Notes: generated by a model not told the origin, from the sequence alone. A stretch of 64,000 bases of DNA from an uncultured Candidatus Saccharibacteria bacterium (GCA_964631935.1 CAZWAV010000001.1:116482-180481); one strand, 5' to 3'; counted from the stretch's first letter, positions 9,356-19,745 are shown. Translations and numbers: made by a program.

Positions 9356-9631
9356 TTAAGCAGTGAAAGTTGGATTAAGCATATCCAGGTTACCCATATA
9401 AGTAATCAACTCAAAATTGATTAATATCTTACGTTCCTCAATTTGTTTATTACTTTGAAGTTCGGTAATCCTTCTTTCGATTCTCTTTAGCTCATTATTA
9501 CTTAAAATACTTTTTCCATTCCACCAGTCTTCAAGCTCTTTACTATACTTAGATAGCATTTCATTAAGAAAGCAAAGTGTTGATCCTTGTGGAATCTCGT
9601 TTGGTAATTGATCAGAAAATTCGTAGTTCAT
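9356..9631 (-). CDS. hypothetical protein
   Basis: 91-aa ORF. No family recognised. Confidence 0.35.
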   Translation of the reverse strand: MNYEFSDQLPNEIPQGSTLCFLNEMLSKYSKELEDWWNGKSILSNNELKRIERRITELQSNKQIEERKILINFELITYMGNLDMLNPTFTA

Positions 9632-9708
9632 AATTGGAAATTTAATGGTTATTATTTATGATTTGAATTTTGTTTGCATCATTATAGCAAACTATTTACT
9701 AAAAGTCA

Positions 9709-9741
9709 AGCAAAATACCCTTTAATTTAAAGGGTATTTTG
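9709..9741. terminator. palindromic hairpin, likely terminator of pfkB-family gene
   Basis: AAATACCCTTTAA-TT-TAAAGGGTATTT perfect palindrome. Confidence 0.4.
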
Positions 9742-9752
9742 CTTCTAGCCTA

Positions 9753-10745
9753 TTAAATCTTCTTTGGTTTATAATCTTCTGGTGCCTTTTGCAAATATTC
9801 TTCGATTTTTTCTTGAGTCAGGAGACCTTTTTGTGCACCAATCTCTTGTGTGACTGACATGGCGTTTATAGGGGCCCAAAGTAATGCTTCTTCCAAGGTC
9901 TTACCCATAGCGAGGCATGCAGTAATAGTAGATTCAAATGCATCACCAGCTCCTGTGCGTTCCTTTGGCACATGAGGATACACTGGCATGAACCACATAT
10001 CTCCATTTTCTTCTCTTGCATATGCTCCTTTTATACCATCAGTCATGACTATAGTCTTAGGTCCAAGAGCGTGGAGCATGTCCATTAACTTTTTCTGATC
10101 CATTTCCTTGGTTGCTAGAATTCTTTGTGCTTCTTCTACGTTACAGAAAAAGATTTCTGTCTTTTCGTATATGTCTTTCAATTTTTCAACACCAAGTTTT
10201 ATTTGGAATGTTCCTGGTTGAAAGGCCAACTTTGTTTCAGGGTGCTCACTTAGCCAATCTGCTATCTCATGGTGAAATCCTTCAGTATTCTCACCAAGTG
10301 ATGATAAATAAATCCACTTAGGAGCCTTAATATCTTTAGGGAAATGGCGCTCGAATGGAGCGTGATTTACAAGTATCGTACGTTCAGGTCCATACCAAAG
10401 TACATAATGGTAGTTTGTAGGAAGTTTTGGATCAATTTCTATATACTCAAGGCTAACGTTATTCTCCGTCAGAGCTTTCATGCAAGCTTTTCCATAATCA
10501 TCATTACCTACAACTCCAGATAGAGCTGAGTGTAAGCCTAAGCGACTTGCAGATACTGCGGCATTAGCACTGTTTCCAACAGCATATATAATTTCATGAA
10601 ATTCAAAAGGGACTTTGTCTCCAAAACGCACACAAAGCCTACAATTCTCTTGATCAAGGTCACAAGTTGCTTCTGCGTCTTTCAATCTTATAAAATCATC
10701 TACTACTAGATCTCCGATAGCTAGAAAATCAATTGGTTTATCCAT
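9753..10745 (-). CDS. PfkB-family carbohydrate kinase (ribokinase-like fold)
   Basis: 330 aa. N-terminal GNSANAAV sugar-binding region and C-terminal GAGDAF ATP-binding motif. Confidence 0.8.
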   Translation of the reverse strand: MDKPIDFLAIGDLVVDDFIRLKDAEATCDLDQENCRLCVRFGDKVPFEFHEIIYAVGNSANAAVSASRLGLHSALSGVVGNDDYGKACMKALTENNVSLEYIEIDPKLPTNYHYVLWYGPERTILVNHAPFERHFPKDIKAPKWIYLSSLGENTEGFHHEIADWLSEHPETKLAFQPGTFQIKLGVEKLKDIYEKTEIFFCNVEEAQRILATKEMDQKKLMDMLHALGPKTIVMTDGIKGAYAREENGDMWFMPVYPHVPKERTGAGDAFESTITACLAMGKTLEEALLWAPINAMSVTQEIGAQKGLLTQEKIEEYLQKAPEDYKPKKI

Positions 10746-10777
10746 ATATGCTCATTATAACATAGTGTGATATAATT

Positions 10778-11650
10778 TTGCACATGAAGACACTGCGTGA
10801 ATGCATAAAAGAAGCAAGCGAAAAAGGTGTGGCAATAGGACATTTTAATATTTCTAATTTAGAAGGCCTGCACGGCATATATCAGGCAGCAAAAAAACTT
10901 TCACTTCCAGTTATTATTGGTGTGTCTGAAGGCGAAGAGGCATTCGTTGGACGTGAAGAAGCAGTGGCTCTTGTTCGAACACTAAGAGAAAAGGATAATT
11001 ATCCAATCTTTCTAAATGCTGATCACCATGCATCATTTGAAAGTGTAAAAGCTTGTATTGATGCTGGTTTTGATATGGCGATTATAGATTGCGCCAAATT
11101 AAGTTTTGAAGAGAATGTAAAAATTACAAAACAATGTGTCGACTACGCTCGCAGTGTAACGAAAGAAACAGGCAGGGATATTCTGATTGAAGCTGAACTC
11201 GGCTATATAGGTTCTGGTTCTACTATAAAAGATACAATACCTGAAGGAGCGGGAGTGCTTACTACAGCAGAAGATGCAGAAAAATACGTCGAAGCAACTG
11301 GTATTGATCTGTTTGCCCCTTCAGTCGGATCTATACATGGACTCATTAAAAGTGGCAAGCCACATATTGATAGTAAGCGAGTTGCGCAGATCAAAGAAGT
11401 TACAGGTATTCCACTAGTGCTACATGGTGGTTCAGGGCTTAGAGATGAAGACTTTACCAATGCAATTAAGGCTGGAATCTCAATTGTACACATAAATTCA
11501 GAACTCAGACTTGCTTATGAACAAGCTGTCGGAAAGTTTATAACAGAAAATCCAGAAGAAATAACGCCAGCTAAAATACTACAGCCAGCAGTTGATGCTA
11601 TTGAGAAGATAGTAGAAGCTCGACTTAACCTTTTTAATAATATTAAATAA
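10778..11650 (+). CDS. fba: class II fructose-bisphosphate aldolase
   Basis: 290 aa. GHFNISNLEG and LNADHHAS metal-binding motifs. A GATATAAT -10 element lies upstream. Confidence 0.85.
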   Translation: MHMKTLRECIKEASEKGVAIGHFNISNLEGLHGIYQAAKKLSLPVIIGVSEGEEAFVGREEAVALVRTLREKDNYPIFLNADHHASFESVKACIDAGFDMAIIDCAKLSFEENVKITKQCVDYARSVTKETGRDILIEAELGYIGSGSTIKDTIPEGAGVLTTAEDAEKYVEATGIDLFAPSVGSIHGLIKSGKPHIDSKRVAQIKEVTGIPLVLHGGSGLRDEDFTNAIKAGISIVHINSELRLAYEQAVGKFITENPEEITPAKILQPAVDAIEKIVEARLNLFNNIK

Positions 11651-11653
11651 TAA

Positions 11654-13372
11654 ATGAAAGACGAAATAAAAAAGTTTTTTAAAGGTGATATAGAGGACAA
11701 CGAAGAATCTCTAAAGAAATATTCACGTGATGCATCACTTCTTGAAGTACGACCAGAACTCGTACTTTTTCCAAAAGGAAGTGATGACATCAAATCTCTA
11801 GTTAAGTGGGTAAATGAAAACAAAGATAAATATCCAAAGCTCGCAATAACTCCACGATCAGCTGGAACTTGTATGTCAGGCGGGGCTATAGGAGAATCTA
11901 TTGTTTTAGATTTTACCCGCTATGTGAACAAGATAGATAAGATAGAGAGAACTTCACCTTTTGAAATTACTCCTAAATATCCAGATGCACACAAAGTTAC
12001 AATATCTGGCTTTGCAACAGTAGAGCCTGGGGTGTACTATCGTGATTTTGAACCTTTAACTATAAAAGATGGCCTATTGTTACCTTGCTATACAGCCTCG
12101 AAAAGTTTGAATGCTCTTGGTGGTATGGTCGGGAATAATTCTGCAGGAGAAAAAACACTTAACTACGGTAAAACAGAAGATTACATAAAAGAATTGAGAG
12201 TAGTTTTTGCTGATGGAAGGGAATACATAGTCAAACCTCTAAACAAGAAGGAACTCTACTCAAAGATTGCGCAAGGAGATTTTGAAGGTGATATATATAA
12301 AAATATATTCCAATTAATAAATAATAATAAAGAAGATATAAAAAAAGCAAAACCAAACGTCTCTAAAAATTCTGCGGGGTATTATCTTTGGAATGTCTGG
12401 GACGAAGAAAAAGAAATCTTTGATCTCGGTAAACTTATAGTAGGCTCCCAGGGAACCTTAGGAATAGTTACAAGTATTACGCTCTATCTTGTTGATCTAA
12501 AAAAAGCCTCAAAACTTGTTGTTATTTTCATGAAAGATATAAAGAGACTTGGTGAACTTGTTGATGTTATACTACCTCACAATCCAGAGAGCTTAGAATC
12601 TTATGATGATGCAACAATGAAACTGGCCATTAAATTCTTCCCAGATTTTCTAAAAAAGAAAGGTATATGGGGGATGATAAAATTCATGTGGAGCTTCTGG
12701 CCAGAAGTATTTATGATGAGTACTTTTGGTATACCTAAATTAATACTTCTTGTAGAATTTGCTGGAAATAGCGAAAAAGAAATAGATAGAGATGCAAAGA
12801 AATTAATGCCAGATTTAAAAAAATTCCCATTTAAAACTCGTATTACAACATCAGCTACTGAATCAGAAAAATATTGGGACATTCGCCGAGAAAGCTTTGC
12901 TCTGCTTCGTAAACACGTTAAAGACAAGCATACAGCACCATTCATAGATGACATTATAGTCAAACCTGAATTTCTCCCTGAATTTTTACCAAAACTAAAT
13001 ACTATACTAGATAAATATCCAATCACTTATACAATAGCGGGACATGCTGGTAATGGTAATTTCCATATTATTCCTCTTATGGACTTTTCAGACCAAAATA
13101 CATCTCATATTATCTTAGACCTTTCTAAAGAAGTTTATGATCTAGTTCTAGAATATAGAGGTTCGACTACGGCTGAACATAATGATGGTATTATCCGCTC
13201 ACCATTCTTACTACAGATGTTTGGAGAGAAGATATATAAGCTCTTTGAAGAAACTAAAAATATATTTGATTCTAAAAATATTTTTAATCCGGGTAAAAAA
13301 GTTGGCGCAACTATGGATTACATAAAAGACCACATTATTAAGGAGGGTCACGACTTGTCTCACAAGATATAG
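11654..13372 (+). CDS. FAD-binding oxidoreductase (FAD_binding_4/GlcD-like)
   Basis: 572 aa. N-terminal FAD-binding PCMH-like region (TPRSAGTCMSGGAIG) and a C-terminal FAD-oxidase domain. Confidence 0.7.
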   Translation: MKDEIKKFFKGDIEDNEESLKKYSRDASLLEVRPELVLFPKGSDDIKSLVKWVNENKDKYPKLAITPRSAGTCMSGGAIGESIVLDFTRYVNKIDKIERTSPFEITPKYPDAHKVTISGFATVEPGVYYRDFEPLTIKDGLLLPCYTASKSLNALGGMVGNNSAGEKTLNYGKTEDYIKELRVVFADGREYIVKPLNKKELYSKIAQGDFEGDIYKNIFQLINNNKEDIKKAKPNVSKNSAGYYLWNVWDEEKEIFDLGKLIVGSQGTLGIVTSITLYLVDLKKASKLVVIFMKDIKRLGELVDVILPHNPESLESYDDATMKLAIKFFPDFLKKKGIWGMIKFMWSFWPEVFMMSTFGIPKLILLVEFAGNSEKEIDRDAKKLMPDLKKFPFKTRITTSATESEKYWDIRRESFALLRKHVKDKHTAPFIDDIIVKPEFLPEFLPKLNTILDKYPITYTIAGHAGNGNFHIIPLMDFSDQNTSHIILDLSKEVYDLVLEYRGSTTAEHNDGIIRSPFLLQMFGEKIYKLFEETKNIFDSKNIFNPGKKVGATMDYIKDHIIKEGHDLSHKI

Positions 13373-13376
13373 ATTT

Positions 13377-13859
13377 ATGAAAAGCAAAACATTGTCTGTA
13401 AAAAAATCTAAGACAGGAATGGGTTTATTTGCTGAGAAAAATTTTAAATCTGGAGATTTAATTGTAGAACTCAAAGGTAAATTAATAACCTGTTATGAAG
13501 ATGAAAATATAGATGAGGAAACCAGATCAAATACTATAAGATTTAATAATGAGAAATTTTTAAGTCCAAAAGGGGAGATTGGTGAAATGGTAAATCATTC
13601 ATGTAATCCAAACAGTAAAATTACGAAAAAGAACAATAAGCTTGTTCTCATTGCTATTAAACCTATCGGAAAGGGAACAGAAATTTTCTTTGATTACTCA
13701 ACAGTACTTGCAAATGATGATATATGGACTATGAAATGTAAGTGTGGGGAGAACAACTGTAGAAAAGTAGTGAAGAAATTTAATTCATTATCTAAAAAGC
13801 TTAGAAATAACTATATAGAATATAGTATAGTTCCAAAATATATTTTAAGAATAAAATAA
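13377..13859 (+). CDS. SET-domain protein (putative protein-lysine methyltransferase)
   Basis: 160 aa. NHSCNPN and FFDY motifs plus a Cys-rich post-SET CKCGENNCRK. Confidence 0.7.
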   Translation: MKSKTLSVKKSKTGMGLFAEKNFKSGDLIVELKGKLITCYEDENIDEETRSNTIRFNNEKFLSPKGEIGEMVNHSCNPNSKITKKNNKLVLIAIKPIGKGTEIFFDYSTVLANDDIWTMKCKCGENNCRKVVKKFNSLSKKLRNNYIEYSIVPKYILRIK

Positions 13860-13905
13860 ATTCACATATTTGCTATGGGGCAGTTTTTATGCTATTATCA
13901 CACCC

Positions 13906-14556
13906 ATGCAAACATTAACCGCAACAAAGCGAAGTAAGACAGATAAGTTGGGTGCTGTGCGAAGTAACGGCATGGTCCCAGCAGTCGTCTATGGCGCTCG
14001 TGTGGAAAACACATCAATTTCCGTACCGAGTGTCGACTTCATAAAAGCTTGGAAAGTCGCCGGAGAATCAAGTACTATCGTGCTTGACCTCGAAGGTAAA
14101 AAAATTGATGTCCTTATTCATGACCTCCAAGTCGATCCAGTTAAAGGATTCCCTATACACGTGGATTTCCTTGCTATCGATATGAATAAGACTGTAGAAG
14201 TTCAAGTTCCTATAGAATTCATAGGAGTAGCTCCTGCAGAAAAGAGTGGTCTAGGTGTACTTGTTAAAGTTATCCATGAAGTTGAAATTGAGGCTCTTCC
14301 AAAAGATTTACCTCACAACATCGAAGTGGACTTATCTTCACTAGTTGCTCTTGGTGACCAAATACACATAAAAGATGTGAATCTTCCAAAAGGTGTAACA
14401 ATGAAAACACCAGCTGATGAAGTAGTCGCGCTTATATCTGCAGTGAAAGAAGAAGTTGAGGAGGTTGCTCCAGTAGACCTATCATCTATTGAAGTGGAGA
14501 AGAAAGGAAAGAAAGATGAAGAAGGAGAAGGTGATTCAAATTCTGAAGCAAAATAA
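13906..14556 (+). CDS. rplY: 50S ribosomal protein L25/general stress protein Ctc (long form)
   Basis: Start chosen at MQTLTATKRSKTDK. L25 beta-barrel region with an acidic C-terminal tail. Confidence 0.85.
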   Translation: MQTLTATKRSKTDKLGAVRSNGMVPAVVYGARVENTSISVPSVDFIKAWKVAGESSTIVLDLEGKKIDVLIHDLQVDPVKGFPIHVDFLAIDMNKTVEVQVPIEFIGVAPAEKSGLGVLVKVIHEVEIEALPKDLPHNIEVDLSSLVALGDQIHIKDVNLPKGVTMKTPADEVVALISAVKEEVEEVAPVDLSSIEVEKKGKKDEEGEGDSNSEAK

Positions 14557-14622
14557 TATACTCTAATTATAAAATTCCTTGAGATTTCGGTCTCAAGGAA
14601 TTTTATATGTTATAATAGGACC

Positions 14623-15993
14623 ATGGAAAGATTAATCCGATATTTTTTTTCTGTTATCCTTTTGATAGCAATAACAATAAGTAGTTTCAGTTACGGAGCA
14701 ATAAATACAGTATATGCTGATCAAGCATTGACCAATGCCCAAGCTGATAAGGCACGCCTTGAGGCAGAACTGTCTGGGCTTGAGCAAGAAATAGCCCAAA
14801 AGCAACAAGAACTTAACGCACAGAAAGGCCAATCAGTGTCTTTATCTCGAGATATTGCTATTTTGACGACTCAAATCAAAAAATCTAAATTAGATATTCA
14901 AGCAAAAACACTTGTTATTAAGAAACTTGGCGGTGAAATAAAAGAAAAAGACAAAACAATAGAGAATCTAACAACAAAAATTGAAACAGAAAAAGAATCT
15001 CTGGCTCAACTGGTCAGAAAAGATAGAGAGATAGATGATAAATCTATGGTTGCATTTATTTTATCCAAAGACACTATGTCTCAAGCCTATGGCGATATTG
15101 ATGCATTTGCGTCTATAAAGTTAGGTATCAAAAAATCTGTAAATGAAATCAGGGGTGTAAAGAACCAAACCGAAGCAGAAAAGAAATCTCTAGAGAAGAA
15201 GAAAGATCAAGAAACAGATGTAAAAGTCCAACTTGAAACTGCCAAGAAACAAGTAGAAGCAAATGAGAACGCAAAGCAACAGCTACTTGTAGTAAGTAAA
15301 GACAAAGAGAAAACTTACCAGCAGATACTCGCCGATAAAGCAAAACGTCGATCAGAAATTCTTGCTGTACTATTCAACCTTCGTGATGTGTCAGCTATTC
15401 CATTCGGGAAAGCTCTTGAGTACGCTAATGCAGCATCAAAGGTTACTGGGGTCACACCTGCATTTATTCTTGCTATAATTACTCAAGAAAGTAACTTGGG
15501 TACTGATCAAGGTTCTTGTTATGTTACAAACATGGCAACTGGTGAGGGGGTTAGTTCAAAGAGCAATAAAACTTACAAAAACGTTATGAAGCCAACTCGT
15601 GATGTTGGACCATTTACTGATATTACTCTTGCTCTTGGGCGTGACCCAGCTAAAACTTTAGTCTCTTGCCCTATAGCATCTGCAGGAAGCTCAAGTTGGG
15701 GTGGAGCTATGGGACCTGCTCAGTTCATACCATCCACATGGAAAGGTATGGCTAGTAAGGTAGCAAGAGCTCTTGGAATAAACACAGCAGATCCATGGAA
15801 TCCGAGAGACGCATTTATGGCATCGGCCCTTTTCCTTTCAGATCTAGGTGGATCAGGAGACAGCTATACTGGCCAAATAAGAGCTGCTTGTAAATACTAT
15901 GGCTCTGGGGGGTCAACTTGTGCTTACGGTAGACAAGTTATGACGAAAATGGCCAATATTCAGACCAAAATGATCGACCCATTGCAGAACTAA
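14623..15993 (+). CDS. lytic murein transglycosylase-like protein with N-terminal signal/TM and long coiled-coil
   Basis: 456 aa. Coiled coil over residues ~35-240. The C-terminal region carries TQESNLG and [10 protein letters not shown], MltB/Slt-like motifs. Confidence 0.65.
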   Translation: MERLIRYFFSVILLIAITISSFSYGAINTVYADQALTNAQADKARLEAELSGLEQEIAQKQQELNAQKGQSVSLSRDIAILTTQIKKSKLDIQAKTLVIKKLGGEIKEKDKTIENLTTKIETEKESLAQLVRKDREIDDKSMVAFILSKDTMSQAYGDIDAFASIKLGIKKSVNEIRGVKNQTEAEKKSLEKKKDQETDVKVQLETAKKQVEANENAKQQLLVVSKDKEKTYQQILADKAKRRSEILAVLFNLRDVSAIPFGKALEYANAASKVTGVTPAFILAIITQESNLGTDQGSCYVTNMATGEGVSSKSNKTYKNVMKPTRDVGPFTDITLALGRDPAKTLVSCPIASAGSSSWGGAMGPAQFIPSTWKGMASKVARALGINTADPWNPRDAFMASALFLSDLGGSGDSYTGQIRAACKYYGSGGSTCAYGRQVMTKMANIQTKMIDPLQN

Positions 15994-16018
15994 TAATTGT
16001 GTGCTATTATTGCGCAAT

Positions 16019-16231
16019 ATGAAAAAAGATATCCACCCAAAATACAACAACGCCACACCAGTAACTTGCGCTTGCGGAGCGTCTTTTACTGTGGGCTCAA
16101 CAATGGACAAAATGGCTATTGAAATCTGTAGTCAATGTCATCCATTCTATACAGGTAATGATAAGATCCTCGACACTGCAGGACGAGTAGACCGTTTCAA
16201 GAAGCGTGCTGCTGTAGCAAAAAAGAAATAA
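16019..16231 (+). CDS. rpmE: 50S ribosomal protein L31
   Basis: [11 protein letters not shown]...CxC...CxxCHPFYTG. Start placed at the internal ATG of the track ORF. Confidence 0.85.
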   Translation: MKKDIHPKYNNATPVTCACGASFTVGSTMDKMAIEICSQCHPFYTGNDKILDTAGRVDRFKKRAAVAKKK

Positions 16232-16244
16232 CGTTTTTAAATAA

Positions 16245-16279
16245 AAAACTAGTCTTCGAGAGGAGCTAGTTTTTTATTT
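16245..16279 (+). terminator. rho-independent terminator after rpmE
   Basis: AACTAGTCTTCGAGAGGAGCTAGTT hairpin followed by TTTTTATTTTT. Confidence 0.55.
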
Positions 16280-17239
16280 TTGCTATATAATAACTATATG
16301 AATCTGGATTTAGACCAATTAAAGAAAGACCACAAGACAAGCTATCATGCATTAGAGTACGAGAGGCTTTTGGTTGAGGAACAGAAAGTTCTGGAGATGG
16401 TAACTCAAGATGAATCATTGCGTGATCTTGCTGAAGAAGAATTACAGAATATTCGCTTCCAAAAAGAAGCTATTGAGCGCCAACTTGAAGAAATAATGAA
16501 AGCGGACAAAGAAGAAGAGGAATTTCCTAATGAGGTAGTCCTTGAAGTCCGTGCGGGCGCCGGCGGAGATGAAGCATCACTCTTTGGTATTGAACTAGTA
16601 GAAATGTATGAACGCTTTGCCGATAACCATGGGTGGAACTGCAAGCATTTAGATGAATATACTCTGGAGATAAAAGGTAAGGATGTTTATAAACTTCTTC
16701 GTTTTGAAACTGGAGTCCATAGAGTCCAGCGTATTCCTGCTACAGAGAAAAATGGCCGTATACACACTTCTACTGCATCAGTCGCGATTTTACCAATTCG
16801 TAAAAAAAGCAAGATAGTTATTAATCCTGCAGATCTTGAAATGGAGTACTCACGCTCAGGTGGAGCTGGAGGACAGAACGTGAATAAAGTTGAGACAGCT
16901 GTACGACTTATACACAAGCCGACAGGCATAGATGTCCGTTCTACTAGTGAGCGTAATCAGCTCGGTAACCGTGAGAAAGCTATGAGTATCCTGATATCGA
17001 AACTCCAAATGCTTCAAGATGAAGAGGAAGCAAAAAAGTATTCAGGAGACAGAAAGGCACAAATCGGTACAGCCGATAGAAGTGAGAAAATACGCACCTA
17101 CAATTTCCCTCAAGACCGTGTCACTGATCATCGTATCAAGCAATCCTGGTCCAATATCCCAGGTATTATGTCTGGGAATCTCGATAAGATAATAGAAGCT
17201 ATGCAAGCCGGCGTAGTCGGAGACGCAGAAGAAGAATAA
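16280..17239 (+). CDS. prfA: peptide chain release factor 1
   Basis: GGQ motif ([17 protein letters not shown]) and PAT tripeptide (RIPATEKNG) indicate RF1. The start could instead be the internal ATG at 16298. Confidence 0.85.
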   Translation: MLYNNYMNLDLDQLKKDHKTSYHALEYERLLVEEQKVLEMVTQDESLRDLAEEELQNIRFQKEAIERQLEEIMKADKEEEEFPNEVVLEVRAGAGGDEASLFGIELVEMYERFADNHGWNCKHLDEYTLEIKGKDVYKLLRFETGVHRVQRIPATEKNGRIHTSTASVAILPIRKKSKIVINPADLEMEYSRSGGAGGQNVNKVETAVRLIHKPTGIDVRSTSERNQLGNREKAMSILISKLQMLQDEEEAKKYSGDRKAQIGTADRSEKIRTYNFPQDRVTDHRIKQSWSNIPGIMSGNLDKIIEAMQAGVVGDAEEE

Positions 17240-17246
17240 ACATATA

Positions 17247-17831
17247 ATGAAAGAATTCTTAGGAATATTAGCTATAGCACTTTCATTTTTTAGTGCTGTT
17301 CCATATATTTTAGATATTTTAAAAGGGAAGACTAAACCTCATCTCTTTACTTATATAGTTTGGACTATAGTCACAACATTAGCATTCCTTGGGCAACTCA
17401 CAGCCGGAGCAGGACCAGGAGCATGGACAACAGGAGCTATGGCATTTCTTACCCTTTGCATATTGATAGCTTCTATAAAACATTCAACAAAAGATATTAC
17501 TAAACTCGATATATTTTTCTTTGTTACTTCTCTTTTAGCCATAATTCCATGGTTACTAACAAAAGACCCAACTATATCTGTCGTAATAGCAACATTTATA
17601 GATGTTTGTGCGTTCTTTCCGACAATAAGAAAAACATTCAGTGACCCTAATAGTGAGACATTAGTATCTTGGATACTAAACCTAATTCGTCACCCACTTG
17701 CAATTCTCGCTACGACTAACATTGTCTTAGCTACATACATCTACCCAGCCTCTCTTTTTGTCATGAATGCCGTAGTTGTATACGTAATAATTAGAAGGAG
17801 GCTTGTCCTTAGGGCGACTAGTGGATTGTAA
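17247..17831 (+). CDS. hypothetical integral membrane protein
   Basis: 194 aa with about 6 hydrophobic segments. Confidence 0.4.
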   Translation: MKEFLGILAIALSFFSAVPYILDILKGKTKPHLFTYIVWTIVTTLAFLGQLTAGAGPGAWTTGAMAFLTLCILIASIKHSTKDITKLDIFFFVTSLLAIIPWLLTKDPTISVVIATFIDVCAFFPTIRKTFSDPNSETLVSWILNLIRHPLAILATTNIVLATYIYPASLFVMNAVVVYVIIRRRLVLRATSGL

Positions 17832-18015
17832 ATTTGACATACGTGTGGTATACTTTCGCCCAGTAGTTGTTATACGTTTTGGTTATTAGTTTCATACTGA
17901 ACTGTTTTAAACATTGAGTATGTAAATGAAATCAGGCACTAAGCGATTACATTTATAAATTAGTTTTCTTCGAGCAGACGTATGAAAGTATTCTGCAAGA
18001 AGCACATTGTCATAT

Positions 18016-18303
18016 ATGGCAAAAAAGTTATATGTCGGAGGTCTTCCTTATAAGACGACTAACGATGAGCTTAAGTCTCACTTCGAGGCTGCAGGCCCAG
18101 TTGCATCAGCAACTATTATTATGGACAAGATGACAGGTCGCTCAAAAGGTTTCGGTTTCGTAGAAATGGAAAACGATGCTGATGCTGCGACAGCTATCTC
18201 AATGTTTGATGGTAAAGATTACGAAGGTCGTAATCTTACAGTCAATGAAGCTCGACCTATGGAAGAGCGCCCAGCAGGCGGCGGTTTCCGTGGAAACAGA
18301 TAA
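18016..18303 (+). CDS. RRM-domain RNA-binding protein with Gly/Arg tail
   Basis: RNP2 LYVGGL and RNP1 KGFGFVEM motifs. Confidence 0.8.
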   Translation: MAKKLYVGGLPYKTTNDELKSHFEAAGPVASATIIMDKMTGRSKGFGFVEMENDADAATAISMFDGKDYEGRNLTVNEARPMEERPAGGGFRGNR

Positions 18304-18332
18304 TATATTTATCTAAAACTCTATCTCAAAAA

Positions 18333-18360
18333 TACTCCCTTATGGGGGTATTTTTGTTTG
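18333..18360 (+). terminator. probable terminator after RRM gene
   Basis: ATACTCCC-tta-TGGGGGTAT hairpin followed by TTTTTGTTT. Confidence 0.4.
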
Positions 18361-18438
18361 CAAAATATACATTTTATTGATATATTGCTAGTGTCGTTCA
18401 TTGAACGGGCTTTTTTAGTTAAATCAGTCTTTAAGTAT

Positions 18439-18510
18439 GCGTGTGTAGTTCAGTGGTAGAACGCTGTCCTGATAAGACAGAGGTCGAAGGTTCGATTCCT
18501 TCCACACGCA
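18439..18510 (+). tRNA. tRNA-Ile (anticodon GAU)
   Basis: Acceptor GCGTGTG/CACACGC, anticodon loop CTGATAA, T-arm GAAGG-TTCGATT-CCTTC. Confidence 0.85.
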
Positions 18511-18534
18511 CAAGGCACGTCGCCTTTTCTTTTT

Positions 18535-18792
18535 ATGGAAAATAGTAATAAAAAACAACCCATGTGGAATAGTGAATATATAAAAGTATTCAGTAAGATT
18601 TCTGCTTGGATTATCGGTCCAGTACTCGTTAGTGCTTTGGTTGGTAATTATTTAGATAAAAAGTTTAATTCGAGTCCTTGGATTCTAGGAGTTGGACTCG
18701 CAATATCATTTACAGTTTCAATGGTTGCTATAGTAAAAATTGCTAAGAAATATGACACGGAAGTTTTAAAAGAAAAAGATGGAGACAAATAA
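18535..18792 (+). CDS. AtpZ/AtpI-like small membrane protein preceding atpB
   Basis: 85 aa with two TM helices. It sits immediately upstream of and overlaps atpB, as ATP synthase protein I/AtpZ genes do. Confidence 0.5.
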   Translation: MENSNKKQPMWNSEYIKVFSKISAWIIGPVLVSALVGNYLDKKFNSSPWILGVGLAISFTVSMVAIVKIAKKYDTEVLKEKDGDK

Positions 18793-19678
18793 TTTAGAAT
18801 TAAATACACCCCAAATAGTAGAATCACAAGAAATATCTCATGAGTCTACTCTTTTTGCTGAACCTATTGGACACATAGGCTCACTCCCTGTAACAAATTC
18901 TCTTTTCACCACTTGGATTGTAGTGTTAGTCGTTCTCATATTTTCTCTAGCACTCAAACTGAGAATAAAACAGATTCCTAGGGGATTCCAGAATTTCTTT
19001 GAATTTGTCATAGAGGGAGCGATGACTTTAGCTGACCAAGTGACAGGGGATAAGAAAATAACAAAAAAAGTCTTTCCACTAGCATTTACTATTTTTATAT
19101 TCGTACTTCTTTCCAACTGGCTAGGAATTTTACCTTTGGGTGGCTTTGGTATCATAGAGACCACAGAACACGGTAAGGCTTTTATTCCATTTATCCGAAG
19201 TGGCACAGCAGATATCAATACGACTCTTGCTCTTGGTTTGGTGGCAGTTATAGGCTCAAACATCTTCGGAATTATATCTATTGGCGCCTGGAAAATGTTC
19301 AATAAATATGTTAATGTAAAGGCGTTCGGAGAGATTATAAAGAAGGTTCGAAAAGAGCCAGCAATCCTTATTTCAGCTCCGATAATGTTCTTTGTGGGTA
19401 TTCTTGAGCTTGTCGGTGAATTTGCAAAAATTGCCTCACTCTCATTCCGTCTTTTTGGAAATGTATTTGCAGGTGAAGTGCTACTCATGGCTATGAGTAC
19501 AATTTTGGCGTATGTATTACCACTGCCATTTATGGGTCTTGAGATATTTGTCGGTCTTATTCAGGCATTCATCTTCTCGTTACTCACACTTGTATACTTC
19601 ACGATTGCAGCACAAGATCATGAAGAGCATGATGAGAAGCATACACACGAAGAAGAAGTTAAACACGCGACAGCGTAG
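18779..19678 (+). CDS. atpB: F0F1 ATP synthase subunit a
   Basis: 299 aa. Conserved LSFRLFGNVFAGE with the essential Arg. Confidence 0.9.
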   Translation: METNNLELNTPQIVESQEISHESTLFAEPIGHIGSLPVTNSLFTTWIVVLVVLIFSLALKLRIKQIPRGFQNFFEFVIEGAMTLADQVTGDKKITKKVFPLAFTIFIFVLLSNWLGILPLGGFGIIETTEHGKAFIPFIRSGTADINTTLALGLVAVIGSNIFGIISIGAWKMFNKYVNVKAFGEIIKKVRKEPAILISAPIMFFVGILELVGEFAKIASLSFRLFGNVFAGEVLLMAMSTILAYVLPLPFMGLEIFVGLIQAFIFSLLTLVYFTIAAQDHEEHDEKHTHEEEVKHATA

Positions 19679-19745
19679 TCGGAAATTACTTTTGGAAATG
19701 GTCTGGTGAACCGACCCGAGGACCTTTCTAAAAGTAATTTCCGAC
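19679..19745. repeat. 67-bp imperfect palindrome between atpB and atpE
   Basis: Arms TCGGAAATTACTTTTGGAAA and TTTCTAAAAGTAATTTCCGA with one mismatch, about 20 bp each, enclosing a 27-nt loop that has its own GGTC/GACC stem. Confidence 0.5.

Noticed and set aside
18392-18417. Second hairpin (CGTTCATTGAACG followed by a T-run) between the RRM gene and tRNA-Ile as an extra regulatory element
   Set aside because: It is probably just a tandem terminator or processing hairpin. The stem is short, with nothing distinctive.
18838-19488. 216-aa minus-strand ORF antisense to atpB, and similar antisense ORFs inside atpA/atpD/atpC, gap, tkt and others (e.g. 24889..25254, 21084..21275, 23565..23888)
   Set aside because: These are shadow ORFs fully embedded in strongly conserved genes on the opposite strand. 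They have low-complexity composition and no family resemblance.
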